Assembly (NCBI GenBank): GCA_039096225.1
Contig: JBBPEB010000004.1
Coordinates: 310,001-374,000, forward strand
DNA: 64,000 bases
Source: Blastocystis sp. Blastoise
Taxonomy: Eukaryota > Protista > Bigyra: Opalinata
Direction: 5' to 3'
A program made the position numbers and the translations under genes. How positions within the stretch are numbered: the stretch's first letter is position 1; the number at the start of each line of letters is the position of its first letter. Below the pieces are notes generated by a model that worked only from the letters and a program-made list of their open reading frames with translations, was not told the origin of the DNA and ran no database searches. Positions 15,373 to 44,967 of this stretch are shown here, piece after piece.

Positions 15373-16581
15373 GGGTATATTTAGTACTCATATTCCTGGA
15401 CGTGTTGGTTATCAATGTTCAAATTTTTATAGGTATATATATCATATATTATTAGTTTTATTATAATTATATATATTTAATTATTATTTATTATTTTTAA
15501 TTTCTATAAATATATATATATAATAGATTATTAGTAAAAGATGGTGAAATTGTGGATCCTAATTATGTATTTGATGAAAAAGGAAAATTAAAATTTCAAT
15601 TTAGAGATAAAGATGGAAATTGTAAATAAATAATATATTTATGCTTTTATTTATATATATTTATATACAAATAAATATTAATATTAATATTTATATATAT
15701 ATGTATATTTATATATATAGGTACGTTACATAGATCGCGTAAAACAACAAGTATTGAAGTAAAAACAACGGATGGAAAAACAATTAAACGAAAGCCAACT
15801 TCTAAACCTGTATATTTATATATTTATAGTATTGATTATATTTATATTTATAATTATATATTATATTTATAAATTCGTTTATTCTTATAATAAATCTATA
15901 TTATATATAGCGTCAAAGAGTCCGTTATGATTATAATCCTAAAGGAATGGATGATGATTATGATGATGATAAGAATAACAGTGATGAAGATGATGAAGAA
16001 GAAGAAGAAGAAGAAAAACAACAAAAACCAAAATCTGTTCTTCCTGTATACTATATATATTATAATTTTTATTATAATTATCTTTATTATAATTATCTTT
16101 TTTATTATATTTATTATTATATAGGGTTTTATTGATCCTGTAACAATGGAAGAAATTGAACAGCCTGCTATTTCACCTTATGGACATGTTATGGGGTATA
16201 TATATATATTTATATATATATGATAATCATATATATATATTTATATAATAATCATAATAATAATCATTAGCATAATAATCAAATATATATAATAATCATA
16301 ATAATAATCATTAGCATAATAATCAAATATATATAATAATCATAATAATAACATTTATATAGATATTATTCTTGGATGAAAATATTAAATCAAAATCCTA
16401 AAAATACCTGTCCATATACAAAACAAGTATATATAAAAAATAATAAACATAATAATAATTATTTATATAGAAATTAACAAGACGTATGTTAGTAAAATTA
16501 GATGAAGATAATATAGAAGAATATCGTAATAAAATATTAAATTATGATATTAATGCATGCCCATTTATAAATAAAGAATAA
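12357..16581 (+). CDS. Myb/SANT-domain protein with C-terminal U-box/SP-RING-like domain (multi-exon)
   Basis: GQWNDNEKKLFMQLI..WGIFSTHIPGRVGYQCSNFYR (Myb) and FIDPVTMEEIEQPAISPYGHVM..CPYTKQKLT (U-box-like), separated by low-complexity linkers. Confidence 0.8.
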
Positions 16582-17103
16582 TATTATCTTATATTAGTTT
16601 ATTATTTGTATAAGAAAACATGGTTATTCTTATACAATATTCTTTTCAAGTCTTTTCTTATATATTAACCATAATCTATAATCACATATATTCATTCCTT
16701 TTATCTTTTTACAAACCAAATCCTTATAATTTTTTTCTTCTATTGGTTTTTCAATTTCATTTTTTTTATATTCTTATTTTAACTTTTATTCTTAGTCTTC
16801 TCTATTTTTTCATTTCATAAAGTAGCTATTTTATCTATTTTGTTGCTTCTTTATAATTGTCATGTCAACAAATTTATGTATTTCACTAGAATTACACAAT
16901 TATCATATCATATTCTATATAGCCAACACATAAAGTATATTCATATATTTTTAATAACATATAATACAAAGAAACTTATAAAAATAAAAAATGAGTTTTG
17001 AAAATTTCTTATTCACGATTAAAACTATTATTTACCGAATAATTTCTATTAAAACAAAATTATCCATTGTTTTCATTAAAATCTCTTTTATACATACATA
17101 CTC

Positions 17104-18264
17104 ATGAATACTATATATGAATTCGATACAGGACTTTATTCAGATTCTGTAGAATATGTTATAGGTGAAGAACGATGTATATACACGAATGTTGATTGTT
17201 TTATATTATGTTTTATAGGTATTTTTGCAACAGCTACATATCAACTAAATGAGAAAACTCGAAAAAGAGCAGGAAATGTTTTTCTTCATGAAATATGTAA
17301 AACAAATGATAAATATGAAGTAAAACAGTTATATTCATTTGATACTCCTGGTATATTAGACATGAAATGGGATTATCAGAATGAAAATGCAAAAACATTA
17401 GCAATAGCTGATGCTGAAGGGAATTTAAAATTATTAAAATATTCAAATGATCCAGAAGTGAAACTGGAAGAGATTACATCGATAGTCGTAGATACTCCAG
17501 AAGCTATTAATCTTAATTTAGATTGGAATAATAAAGTACAGAAGGATATACCAACTCAATTTGTTTGTTCATTATCTAATGGTAAGGTAGCTACAGTGAA
17601 TTACAAAGAAAGTGAGTTATCTGTAGATCAAATATGGAATGCACATGAATTAGATTATGTTCATTGTCCAGCAGAAGTTTGGTCTGTAAGTTACAATCCA
17701 AATAATACTAATATTATTATATCTGGTGCAGATGATACATATTTAAAGATGTGGGATATACGTGAATATTATAAGAAACCCGTAATGATCAATAAAAGTC
17801 ATACTGCTGGAGTATGTACAAGTACCTGGAATCCAAATATAGATCATTGTTTTGCAACTGGATCTTATGATGGATATATACGTATATTTGATGAAAGAAA
17901 TATAAGATCTCCTTTAATAGAATATGAACATGGAGGTGGTATTTGGAGATTAAAATGGAGATCTTGTCATAATCAGAATAATAATATATATAATGATCAA
18001 TTATGTGTAGCAGGAATGAGAGCTGGTTTTTCTATTGTTGATCTTCAATTAAAGAACTATGAATCTTTATTATCTCAATCAAAAGAAATCAATAATAATA
18101 ATATTAAATTATTATGTAATTATATGAAACAAGGTGGTGAAGAATTAGCTTATGGCGTTGATTGGATTGGAAATACTAAAGATTATAATCCTGAAGAAGC
18201 TATAATTGGTAGTAGTGCTTTCTATAGTCATTTATTACATGTTTGGACATGGAAACAAGAATAA
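17104..18264 (+). CDS. DPH7: WD40 protein, diphthine methylesterase DPH7/WDR85-like
   Basis: SDSVE, ATYQL, GILDMKW, WNAHE..EVW, SGADD, FATGSYD, GGGIWRLKW, LAYGVDW, SAFYSHLLHVW; probable 42-nt intron at 17177-17218. Confidence 0.88.
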   Translation: MNTIYEFDTGLYSDSVEYVIGEERCIYTNVDCFILCFIGIFATATYQLNEKTRKRAGNVFLHEICKTNDKYEVKQLYSFDTPGILDMKWDYQNENAKTLAIADAEGNLKLLKYSNDPEVKLEEITSIVVDTPEAINLNLDWNNKVQKDIPTQFVCSLSNGKVATVNYKESELSVDQIWNAHELDYVHCPAEVWSVSYNPNNTNIIISGADDTYLKMWDIREYYKKPVMINKSHTAGVCTSTWNPNIDHCFATGSYDGYIRIFDERNIRSPLIEYEHGGGIWRLKWRSCHNQNNNIYNDQLCVAGMRAGFSIVDLQLKNYESLLSQSKEINNNNIKLLCNYMKQGGEELAYGVDWIGNTKDYNPEEAIIGSSAFYSHLLHVWTWKQE

Positions 18265-18485
18265 TTTATTTAATTATTTTTATATATATATATATTTTTT
18301 TATGATTTTATAAAGTATTTAAATTTGAATAAATAATACTCTGTTGTTATTTTTATTCTTGAATAATATTTTTTTAATTTATTATTTTAAAACTACTATT
18401 TAAAATATAAACAAAATAAGTATATAAATAATAGAAAAACTAATATGGTACAAAAAAAGAAGAAATAGAAAAAAAACTAAATGAT

Positions 18486-19852
18486 TTATAAAAACTCTTG
18501 AATTACATAAATATAATAAAATTCCATTAAGTAGAATACAATTAATAATAATACTCCAATTATTATCTGCGCAGGACGAATACCCATATTGATTGTAGAT
18601 CCAGATTTATAAGGATGAGGAACAAATAATCGAATATCCTATAGTATTCATATTTTATTGTATGTATATATCATTTGTTTATTATATATATTATTTATAT
18701 TATAAATATTATATATATATTTTGTATATAATATATAAATATTATATATTTTAGATATAATATATAAATATTATATATTTTAGATATAATATATAAATAT
18801 TATATATATATATATGTATATAATATAGATATACATCAGGATCATAATAGATTCCATAATAATAATGAGATTTATTCTCATTTTCAATTAGATCTATTTG
18901 TTGATCTGTAGAAATAAGAATTTGTTTTTTCCTATATCTATATTTAATATTTATAAAAATTAATATATAATCATATATATATTAAATAATAAAATAATAT
19001 ACTTTTCTTACAAAAAATTAAATGATAAAAAGAATTATTAAATAAAAAATGAATATATACTTTGGTATAGAAACCACAATACAGGTAAATATTGTAATAG
19101 TAATAAATAGATAAAAAACAATAGTTAATAAAACAAGAATAAAATTAATTTTATAATCACAAGATTTAGGATCTCCTACATGTATAATACACTATATATA
19201 AATAGATATAGAATAGTTCAAAATATATATGTCAATAATAATATATATTCATACAGTAGTATTATATTTATATAAAGGAAAGAGTACAAAAATCCAGAGA
19301 ATATTTATAGTGATCTCTAAAACATAATTACCACAAATAAAGCTATATATACATAAATAATAGAAAATGAATTACATAAAAATACATGGATAACCAAAAA
19401 TGATGATTTATAGTAGAATAATGTGAATAGTCTAAAACATATTTTGAAATATAGAAAATGATCACTATATAGAATATTTAAAAAGGAATAGACGAAGAAA
19501 AAAATACTTTGAATTAACAAATTTATAATTAAAACGAATATTGGAACAAATAAAGCTATGAGAACAAAAACACACTATTTTATATAATAATAATATTTGA
19601 AAAAATAGCATTTCAATATACCTTTGTTGAGTACTGACTTGCATTTCCATTAATATTCCATGAAATAGCTACTTCTTCAGGTAGTCCTTTTATGCAACAG
19701 AATATGATTGTATGATCAACCAAAATACATAATAATAGCAAATACAAAAAACTATTGAATCAGATTCGTCACATATTATTGAGAAAACAATACCTTAGTG
19801 CTTTATTGAATACTCCTCGATGTAACTGATTTGAATGTGAGTTTGGAAGCAT
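18486..19852 (-). CDS. DUF1648 + DUF5808 membrane protein (bacterial-type), multi-exon
   Basis: LPEEVAISWNINGNASQYSTK follows a TM helix (DUF1648 pattern LP..I..HW...G....). The C-terminal GIYYDPDDIRLFVPHPYKSGSTINMG matches the DUF5808 pattern YYNPDDPRLFVPKR.G.G.T.N.G. Several GT-AG introns; stop at 18486-18488. Confidence 0.75.
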
Positions 19853-20171
19853 ATATTATTCACAACAATGATATAAAACTCAATTATACATTTTCATTTT
19901 TAAATTGATAACGTGAGGAGTCAATTTTTTTTACGAAATAAAAAAATAAAACCGTGGGGATTTATAAGCAAAAAGAACATTAATTTTAATTGGATGAATT
20001 TATTAATGTAAATGAACATTTTCATTAAAAAAAAAAACTTTTCCAGAAAGACTTTTTTGGGGAGGAAGTATCTCTAAAACATAGTTTTCATAAGTCCTTT
20101 TTGACTCTAAAGGTATAGAGAAAAGTGTTTCTCATAGTATTTCTTTGATTCTCTTTTTATTTGATGAGTTT

Positions 20172-20586
20172 CACTAGTAGGCATTTTGTTTTTTAGTAAA
20201 AAAATCTATCTAATGGGTAACCAAAACCTTATCTAAAAAATGGGCTATTTTCTTATCTAACGACAAAAAATCTTCTCTAACCAAAAGCCAGGAAGTTATC
20301 TAACACGTCTGACCCAGCTGGCATCTTTTTTTTTTAAGAGCAGTTTTTGGTGTTTTTCTTTTCTAACACAAGGCAAATATATGTCTATTCACTAGTAGGC
20401 ATTTTGTTTTTAGTAAAAAAATCTATCTATTGGGTAACAAAACCTTATCTAAAAAATGAGCCATTTTTCTTCTCTAACCATATACCAGGAAGTTATCTAA
20501 CACGTCTGACACAGCTGGCATCTTTTTTTTTTAAGAGCAGTTTTTGGTGTTTTTCTTTTCTAACACAAGGCAAATATATGTCTATT
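20172..20586 (+). repeat. Tandem duplication (~200-218 bp) of the CACTA left terminus including the TIR
   Basis: 20172-20389 and 20390-20586 both start CACTAGTAGGCATTTTGTTTTT and end AAGGCAAATATATGTCTATT. Confidence 0.92.
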
Positions 20587-22089
20587 TGTATTTTATCTGC
20601 TCTAAAGGTATCTATATTTTTCTCTAATACACATTTTAAACACATTATCATGTATTTTTAAGATAGAATTTGGGTGCTATTTGTTGGATAAAACCTGTCT
20701 TATTTATTTATTTAATCGTTGTGTGAATGATAATTAAAATTATATTAACAAAAGACAATAAATAATAATATAATAATTAAAACAATAAGAAAAATAAGAA
20801 AAATAAGAAAAATAATAATTATTTTTGTTTGTTTTAACTAAGTGGGAACCATTTTGATGACTATACATATAAAAATAATAGAAATAATAATAATATAGAT
20901 AATAAATTAATATATACCTTGTAATGAAACTTCTAAAGCGACTCCATGAAGAAAAGCCGACACTATAAAAATATATTGAATAAAAAATAATATAATATAG
21001 CAATATACCTTCTCAATCCAAATAGTGTGGACCAGGTAAGACCTCAGAGAACACCCATTATCTTTAGAAAAAAAAAATAGTTAATTTCAAAAAATATTAA
21101 TATAATTAAATACCTTTAGAACCATGAAGTTGTCGACTAGGGAGACCTCCTACAACATCTGAACCTATAGAAGATAATATTAATAAAAAAACTACAACAA
21201 TGGAAAAAAATATACCTTTTATAGCACCGGATTTCGGATCACCTAAACCACACAACTCATGAGTTAACTTTAAAATATGAAGAATAATCAGGACCTATTT
21301 GAAGCTATTTCGACGGACCAGTAAGCCTATATAATATAAAATAGCTAAAGTATATTGTATACATTTTAAAAACTATATAATATAGTTGTAAATCAATTAA
21401 AAAATAAAAATAAATATGTAATTTTTTAGAATTTATTTTAAAAATACATACATGGCCCTAAAAATACAGAAAATCTTTTTTTTTCTATAATAAAAGTCTC
21501 TATAAATTTCTTTATTTCCAGGGGTTATCAAATCTCTAAAATTCTCCTTTTTTCTACTAAAACGTCTATTTGAATGCTAAATTGAGTTATAAATGTATTT
21601 TATATGTATTAAGCTAGATTACTTCATTACAACATGTTTCTAGACTTAAAAGAACAAAAAATTGTTATTTTTAACAGAATGTAATTTCAATTTAAAATAT
21701 TTGTGAGTAATATATATATAATAGTATTTGATTCATAATATAAATATCATAGAGAATAAAAATATATATTTGACATAGTTGTTTATAACGTCATTATTCA
21801 CATTTTACGAACATTTTTATTATAATATTTTTTATTTTAATGGATTGTTGATATTATAAGTAAGTGAATGAATTGAGAAGGTTTGTAAGTTGCTATCAAC
21901 ATAAAATAACAAAATCTAATAAAAAAATAAACAGCATTAATACCTATTCCATTTTATTTTATTCGAAAAGAATTCTTTACAATAATCTCATTCTATAATA
22001 TTTACAAAACAAAATGAATAATATATAATTAAATATAACATAATAGAAGACATATATAAAAGTTAATAGACAATAAAAATATATATATG

Positions 22090-27960
<5,871 letters not shown>

Positions 27961-28195
27961 AATTGAAATAAGTTCAATAGCTATTCTTACATATAATTCT
28001 AATCATAAAACAAGTTGTATCTCATATTCTAAACATATATATATATATATATATATATATCAATGAATAGATATAGATATAGAAACTAATATTCTTATAG
28101 TTTTTGTATATATACTAATAAACTAAAATATAATTATAATTAAACGTATAATAATAAAGATTATAATATATAATAATATATAAACATATATATAC

Positions 28196-28903
28196 TTGAT
28201 TGAGTTCCACATGTTCTAGAAGCAAAGAATATAGATATAGAATAGGTGATTCCAGGAATAAGACCTAATTTATCTGCATAATTCGTTATATTAATATGAG
28301 AACCAACTGGAGTATTATAACTATATAAATAATAATAATAATATATATAATATAAATACCCTCCATAATCTAAGAATAAATGTTTATTAATAAAAACCCA
28401 TAATCCATTATTCGTTTCAAAATCTATAAATTGATCTGTTCTATTCTCATATCTATATATATAATAATAATATTATATAAATATAAAATAATAATATACA
28501 AGAAGAATAGATTTATTTTCATAGTAAATTAATATTTCTTACCAATATATTCTTCTATTGAACTTAATGCATATCCTCCTTTTACATCTGTTAAAGGAAA
28601 ATATGTAGGACTAGAAGATATAAAAAATTATAGAATATATATATATATATAAATATATATATATATAAATATACGAGAAATAGCAACAAAAATTCGAATA
28701 TTATTATCAGCATAATCATTCACTTTATCACATACTGTTTCTACTCTATCTTCTTTTGAATATAAATTTGAATATATATATCTATATTTTATATAAAAAT
28801 AATAAATATAAAAATATATACTTTGGATAATTTGAAGGTTGTTTTGTAATAAAATTATCTGTATAATGAATATTATAATCACGAATACCAACTCATTTCT
28901 CAT
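28196..28903 (-). pseudogene. Captured fibro-slime (PA14-like, PsiA family) domain fragment
   Basis: Exons read VGIRDY..., YFPLTD, QFIDFETNNGLWVFINKHLFLDYGG, ADKLGLIPGITYSISIFFASR. There is an in-frame TGA at 28893-28895 and another stop near 28530. Confidence 0.7.
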
Positions 28904-30212
28904 CTATATATATAATGCATATATTCTATATACAAATATACAAATAAATAAATTCTTATATTAATAATATAATTAAATAGATAAAAATAAATAATTAAAT
29001 ATATATAAATAAACATATATATATACAAACTATTTTACAACTGATATCGTATTTGGTATTTGAAAATATCAGAGAAACCACAAGATTCAAGAATGGAGTA
29101 AGAAATAACTTTTCTATATAATATATAAATTGAAAATATATATAAAATATGAATAGGGTAAATAAAAATCAAATGAATAATTTTGATAGGAAAAGAGAAA
29201 AAAGAGAAATGTGCCAATGCAATATAAAAATAAATAGATACATCTATATACGCTCTATATTGTCTCGACCTGTTGTTTGGAAGAAGTACTGACGAGAATA
29301 ACTGAGAAACCTAAGTGAATTAAAAAAGAAATGTAATAAAATACCTTATAATAAATAAACCAACAAGTCCATGTTATGTACCTTTCTAAAACTAGTCAAG
29401 GAGAATGTCTGAAAGGAAGAGGATATCCAGAATCGAAAACCTATAAGAATGATGTAAAACACTATGATAAATTTTATAAATAAATACTAACACATTATGA
29501 ACACTTCTTAGAAACATCTATAATAACTGTAATCAGTTCTAATTTGTTCATATAAACACAAACTTAAAAAAATATATATGAATTCATAATTCATTTCTAA
29601 TTTTTCAAATTTTATCCTTTCTTAAAAAACCAGAAGTCTGTCTAAATTTTAAAAGTATGTCTAAAAAAAAGGCGAGAACGCTTTGGTGCGTTTTCGTTAT
29701 CTAACGTGACCCAAAAATATATCTAACGCGAAAAACGTGCCTACTAGTGTTTTGATTATATTTTCATAGCCAATACGTTTGAATGAATGTATTCAAACAA
29801 TTAAAAAACAAAATATATATATATATATTTCTAATAGTAATTAATAAAACTCAAAAAAATTAAAAAATAAATAAATAATGGAAAAAAATAAAAAATAAAT
29901 AGATTGATATGAGAAATAGGTATCAATAGAAACTAGTATGTGAAAAATGAAAAAGAAATGACTTTAAGAAATTAAGAAAACATGACATAAAAGAAAATAA
30001 ACACAAAAGGAGAAAACCCTCAAGTTAAAAAAAAAATAATACAAATAGTGTTTATATATTAACTAGTATAAAAATAAATATATATAATAAATAGGAATAT
30101 GAATATAAATACATTTATAATAAGTAAATAACAATATAGTTAAAGAAAAAAAAATTTACAAAAAAGCAATATCAAATAGATTTATAGGATAAATTTATAA
30201 TAAAAAAATCAT

Positions 30213-34851
<4,639 letters not shown>

Positions 34852-35536
34852 ATTAATTTTTCTTTTTCAACAAGATGAGAAGGTTAGATATACGCACACA
34901 AGCTTCTTAAAAAGAAAAAACAAACAACAGATAGAACAGTTTACCAAGAAATCTGTTTGGAGAAAAAAAAGAGAAAAACAAATGATATTTCTGAGAATCT
35001 TTGTTTCTTTACGAGAAAAATGTGAATTTCCCATTCTTTTTTGAATATTCATGAAAAAATGGATATCCCTAGGAACTATCGAGGATTAATGGTTGAGGAA
35101 CACCAACTCTTTATTTGTAATAGAAATAAAAATACAATTTTTGTATTTAAGTTTTTTAAATAATCATGATTCTTATGTAAAAGTAGGGATGAGCAATGAT
35201 TGGGAAAATTATGACTTTAGTCATGAATAAATTGGAATTATGACTATCGACTAGACAAAAAATCAAGGGAAAAGTCATGAACATAAATGAAATTTTAGTC
35301 GACTAAAAATCACGACAATCATGACTTTTCACTGATTATTGACAAAAATATATCTAACAAGTAATACTCACAAAAATGAACACTCAAATCATTGGTGGAG
35401 TGTGTGATGTATCGTCTACAAGCGGTTGCAGTAGTAACAGTGACAGTCCAGAAATTGAAGTAAATGCCGATGCTGAAAAAGTATGTCTCATAAAATAACT
35501 GTAACATATTTTTTATAGAGTGCTAGCCAACAACAA

Positions 35537-41690
<6,154 letters not shown>

Positions 41691-42957
41691 AAAAAATATT
41701 TATAAAACTCGTTTGATTCATTTAGTGACTTAGATATGATTATATATATGATATAAAGAAGGTATTCTTTTGATTTTTCTATGTGTCTTTTCGAAATGTG
41801 AAAATTGTAAAACGATTACAAATAAAATACAGCTCTATAAGATAATTTTCCACTTTGTTATGTTTTTGTTAGCTTGCATTCTTAAATAGCAAACGTAACT
41901 AATAAATAATGTGATATAATTATATAATTCATTGTTTTTTTAGAAATTTATCACTTTTCTATGATTTATTTAGACAATATATTGAAAAGTATGCAGTAAA
42001 TATGTGCTAGTTATCAAAATATAGAGAGAAAACGAATAATCATATATTAGTCATGACTAAAAGACTATGATTGTGACTTTCATAAATAAAAATCGACTAA
42101 AAGTCATTTTTTATGATTAACCGTGAATAACAATCATAAGTCGTGATTTTAGTCATTGCTCATCCCTATGTAAAAGGAATAGAATCGTTTATTATTCTTA
42201 GTAGTTTTTTAATTGTGATTATGATCTTATTCAAATTGTAGTTTACATGAATAGTTTTATAAAGAATAGATAATGAAAGTGTATAAAAAGGTAATTGATG
42301 GAATTGCAATTCGGATTCATTTTTAAAAGGAAATAATTGGTGGTTGTTAAATAAAAAAAATACTTCTTCAAATGATCTAGATGATTCTTGAAACTGCTAA
42401 TAAGCAAAAAGAATGTGAGCATTCTTTATAGATATTATATGTGTTCTAAAATATATATATTTATTGAAATAGTTATATATAGTATGTGATGATTATATAT
42501 ATATATATTAATTTATTAAGAAAATGTAATTCACTATTTTAAAAAATTGTTTTGATATGATTGTTGTATATGTAGAAGAAAGTTTACTAATACGATGAAT
42601 ACAAAAATGATTTTAAATATTTTTTTGTATTTTGTAAATTGAAAAAAAAATAAAAGCAAAATTCTATAATATATATTATATTAATGTTGTTTGTATATAG
42701 GATTTCTAATAAAAAACGAAATTTCTTAAAAAATGATTTTAAACAAAACACTTATTAATGAATATTCACAAAGAATGTAAACAACAATTAAAACAATAAC
42801 GAGAAAGGTTTTTTCTTAAAAAAAAAAATGAAATATCGAAACTATTTGATAATAAGTAATGCAAAAGCAACTTTTAGCAATGAAAAATAATAAGTAAGAA
42901 AGAGATATTAGAATAGTTTATCTAATGAACATAGAACGGTTTGAATAGATACGAAAA

Positions 42958-44427
42958 TTAAAAATCTAAACATCCACAGCAAGTGGCAGGATATTCATTA
43001 GTAAACGCTTTGTTATCTAAACCATAAACATAGAAAGTGAAGTCTTTGTCTTTTCTTGTAGCAATAGCTTTAGTTACTGGAATATAAGAAACAGTAACAC
43101 GTTGTTGAAGTAATCTGCCTTGACTACTTTGAATAAAGTTTTTCGATTGATTAAAGAGTTCAATACAAGCACCATTAATACGTTGATCAGGATGATTCGT
43201 AGGAGGATTCAATAAATAATCTTTTTGTTGACATAATAATTCACCTTGTCCTTTCTTCAATTCTTCAGAAGGCATACCACTTATATCAATAACTCTTTCA
43301 AATACATTATTCTTGAAAACTACAGTTAATTGAACAAAGTTGACAACTCTTCCATGTCCATCACATTTATGACATCTTAATCTACCACTACCTGAACAAT
43401 AGCTACAACGTCTACGACCATTTCCATTACAGAATGAACAACGATTATCTCCATTATGACCACTACCATTACATGTATTACAAAAAGTAGAACCACGACC
43501 ATTACAATTGTCACATACTATACGACCACGTCCTATAGATATAGTATATTAACATAGGTATATAATATATATAATAATATAATAATATAATAATAATAAA
43601 TAATAATATAAAAAAACAATAATAATAATAATAAATAACAACAATAATAAAAATATAATAAATACATACCATTACAATTAAGACAGCTAGAAACAGAGTC
43701 TGTATGAGGAACATGAACTTGTTGAGTTTGATTTATAAAATAATCAGGTCCATTAATAGCTATACTCCAAGGAAGAGGAGCCATACCCATATTAGGAGTA
43801 TCAATCTACAATAAACATATTATGATATATATATGCTATATGTATAAAGTTAAAATAATAAAATATAGTATAAGCACAAAAACATTAAAAAAAGAAACAC
43901 ATTAAAAAAAAAAAATACATTTTGACCTCTATAAGGCTCAGAAGTCCAAGCAGTTGAACGAGTTTCATTGAATGTTTCCCATATAATATAAAAAGCATCA
44001 GAATGATCAGCTGTTTTAATAATCATATTCTTGTAAACGTTCTTTGACCAACAACAGTGAGTATCTACAACTTGAGCAAGAGCACTTCTTAAAGCAGAAT
44101 CAGTAAGAGAATTATCATTTACAGTATTAATTTCTAAACTGGCGCCTAAAACAATATTCACATTAAAACAATAAAAAATAATATTTGATTAAGAGAGATT
44201 CAAATAGGAACAAAATAAAACAAAAAGTTTTTAAATAATAAGCATTAAATACCTTCATTAGCAGTTGGTGGAGGAGGGGCACAAGAATAAGGAGAAGAAG
44301 AGTCGGAAGCAACTCCATAACCTTCAACAGCAATAGGTTTGATAATCTCTACAGGAGGTTCATTTTCAGGAGCAACAGTAGCTTGAGGAATATCACCATA
44401 TGCAGCTGATACTAAAGGAGTATTCAT
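42958..44427 (-). CDS. SSUH2-like protein (CxxCxGxG zinc-finger repeats), 4 exons
   Basis: HCCWSK, WETFNETRSTAW..EPYRGQ, VPHTDSVSSCLNCNG, repeated CxxCxGxG, QQRVTVSYIPVT, FYVYGLDNKAFTNEYPATCCGC. Confidence 0.85.
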
Positions 44428-44967
44428 AGTTTATTAAATGAGAAATAAATGAGAAATATTGAAAAGAAATATGAAAGGAAATGAATATTTAAAACATCAG
44501 ATTCTCATGTATAATCATCGATCACTAAACATATATATTTAGATATTAGCCAATAAACAGGCTAATAAATATAATGGATCAACAGTTTCGCGTCCAGTTT
44601 TATAAATATCATAATTATTGAATAAGTTTTTTGACTGGCTCTTTCTCTTTTCTCTAGTTGATATAAGGAATGCCGTTATAGACAAATAAACAAGTTTTAT
44701 AATATATTAAACACGGAAAAGAACATTGAAGAATAATTCCATAAAGGAGGACAATACAGTAGTCAAGAGAGAAACAAAAATAAAAACAAAAGAGAAAAAA
44801 ATACAATTGAGATACACAAATAGAAATATAATTACGATGAAAACAACTATAGAAACAACAGAAAAACAAACTATGAATAAAAGAAAAAGAAAATAACTGA
44901 CATATTAGAAAGAAAGAAAGAAATGAAGTGAAAATAGAATAGGACATGGTTTTCATAAACAAAACAT

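Noticed and set aside
28893-28895. In-frame TGA as selenocysteine or a code change
   Set aside because: Neighbouring exons also carry TAA stops and frameshifts, and intact genes end in TAA, TAG and TGA, so decay is the simpler explanation.
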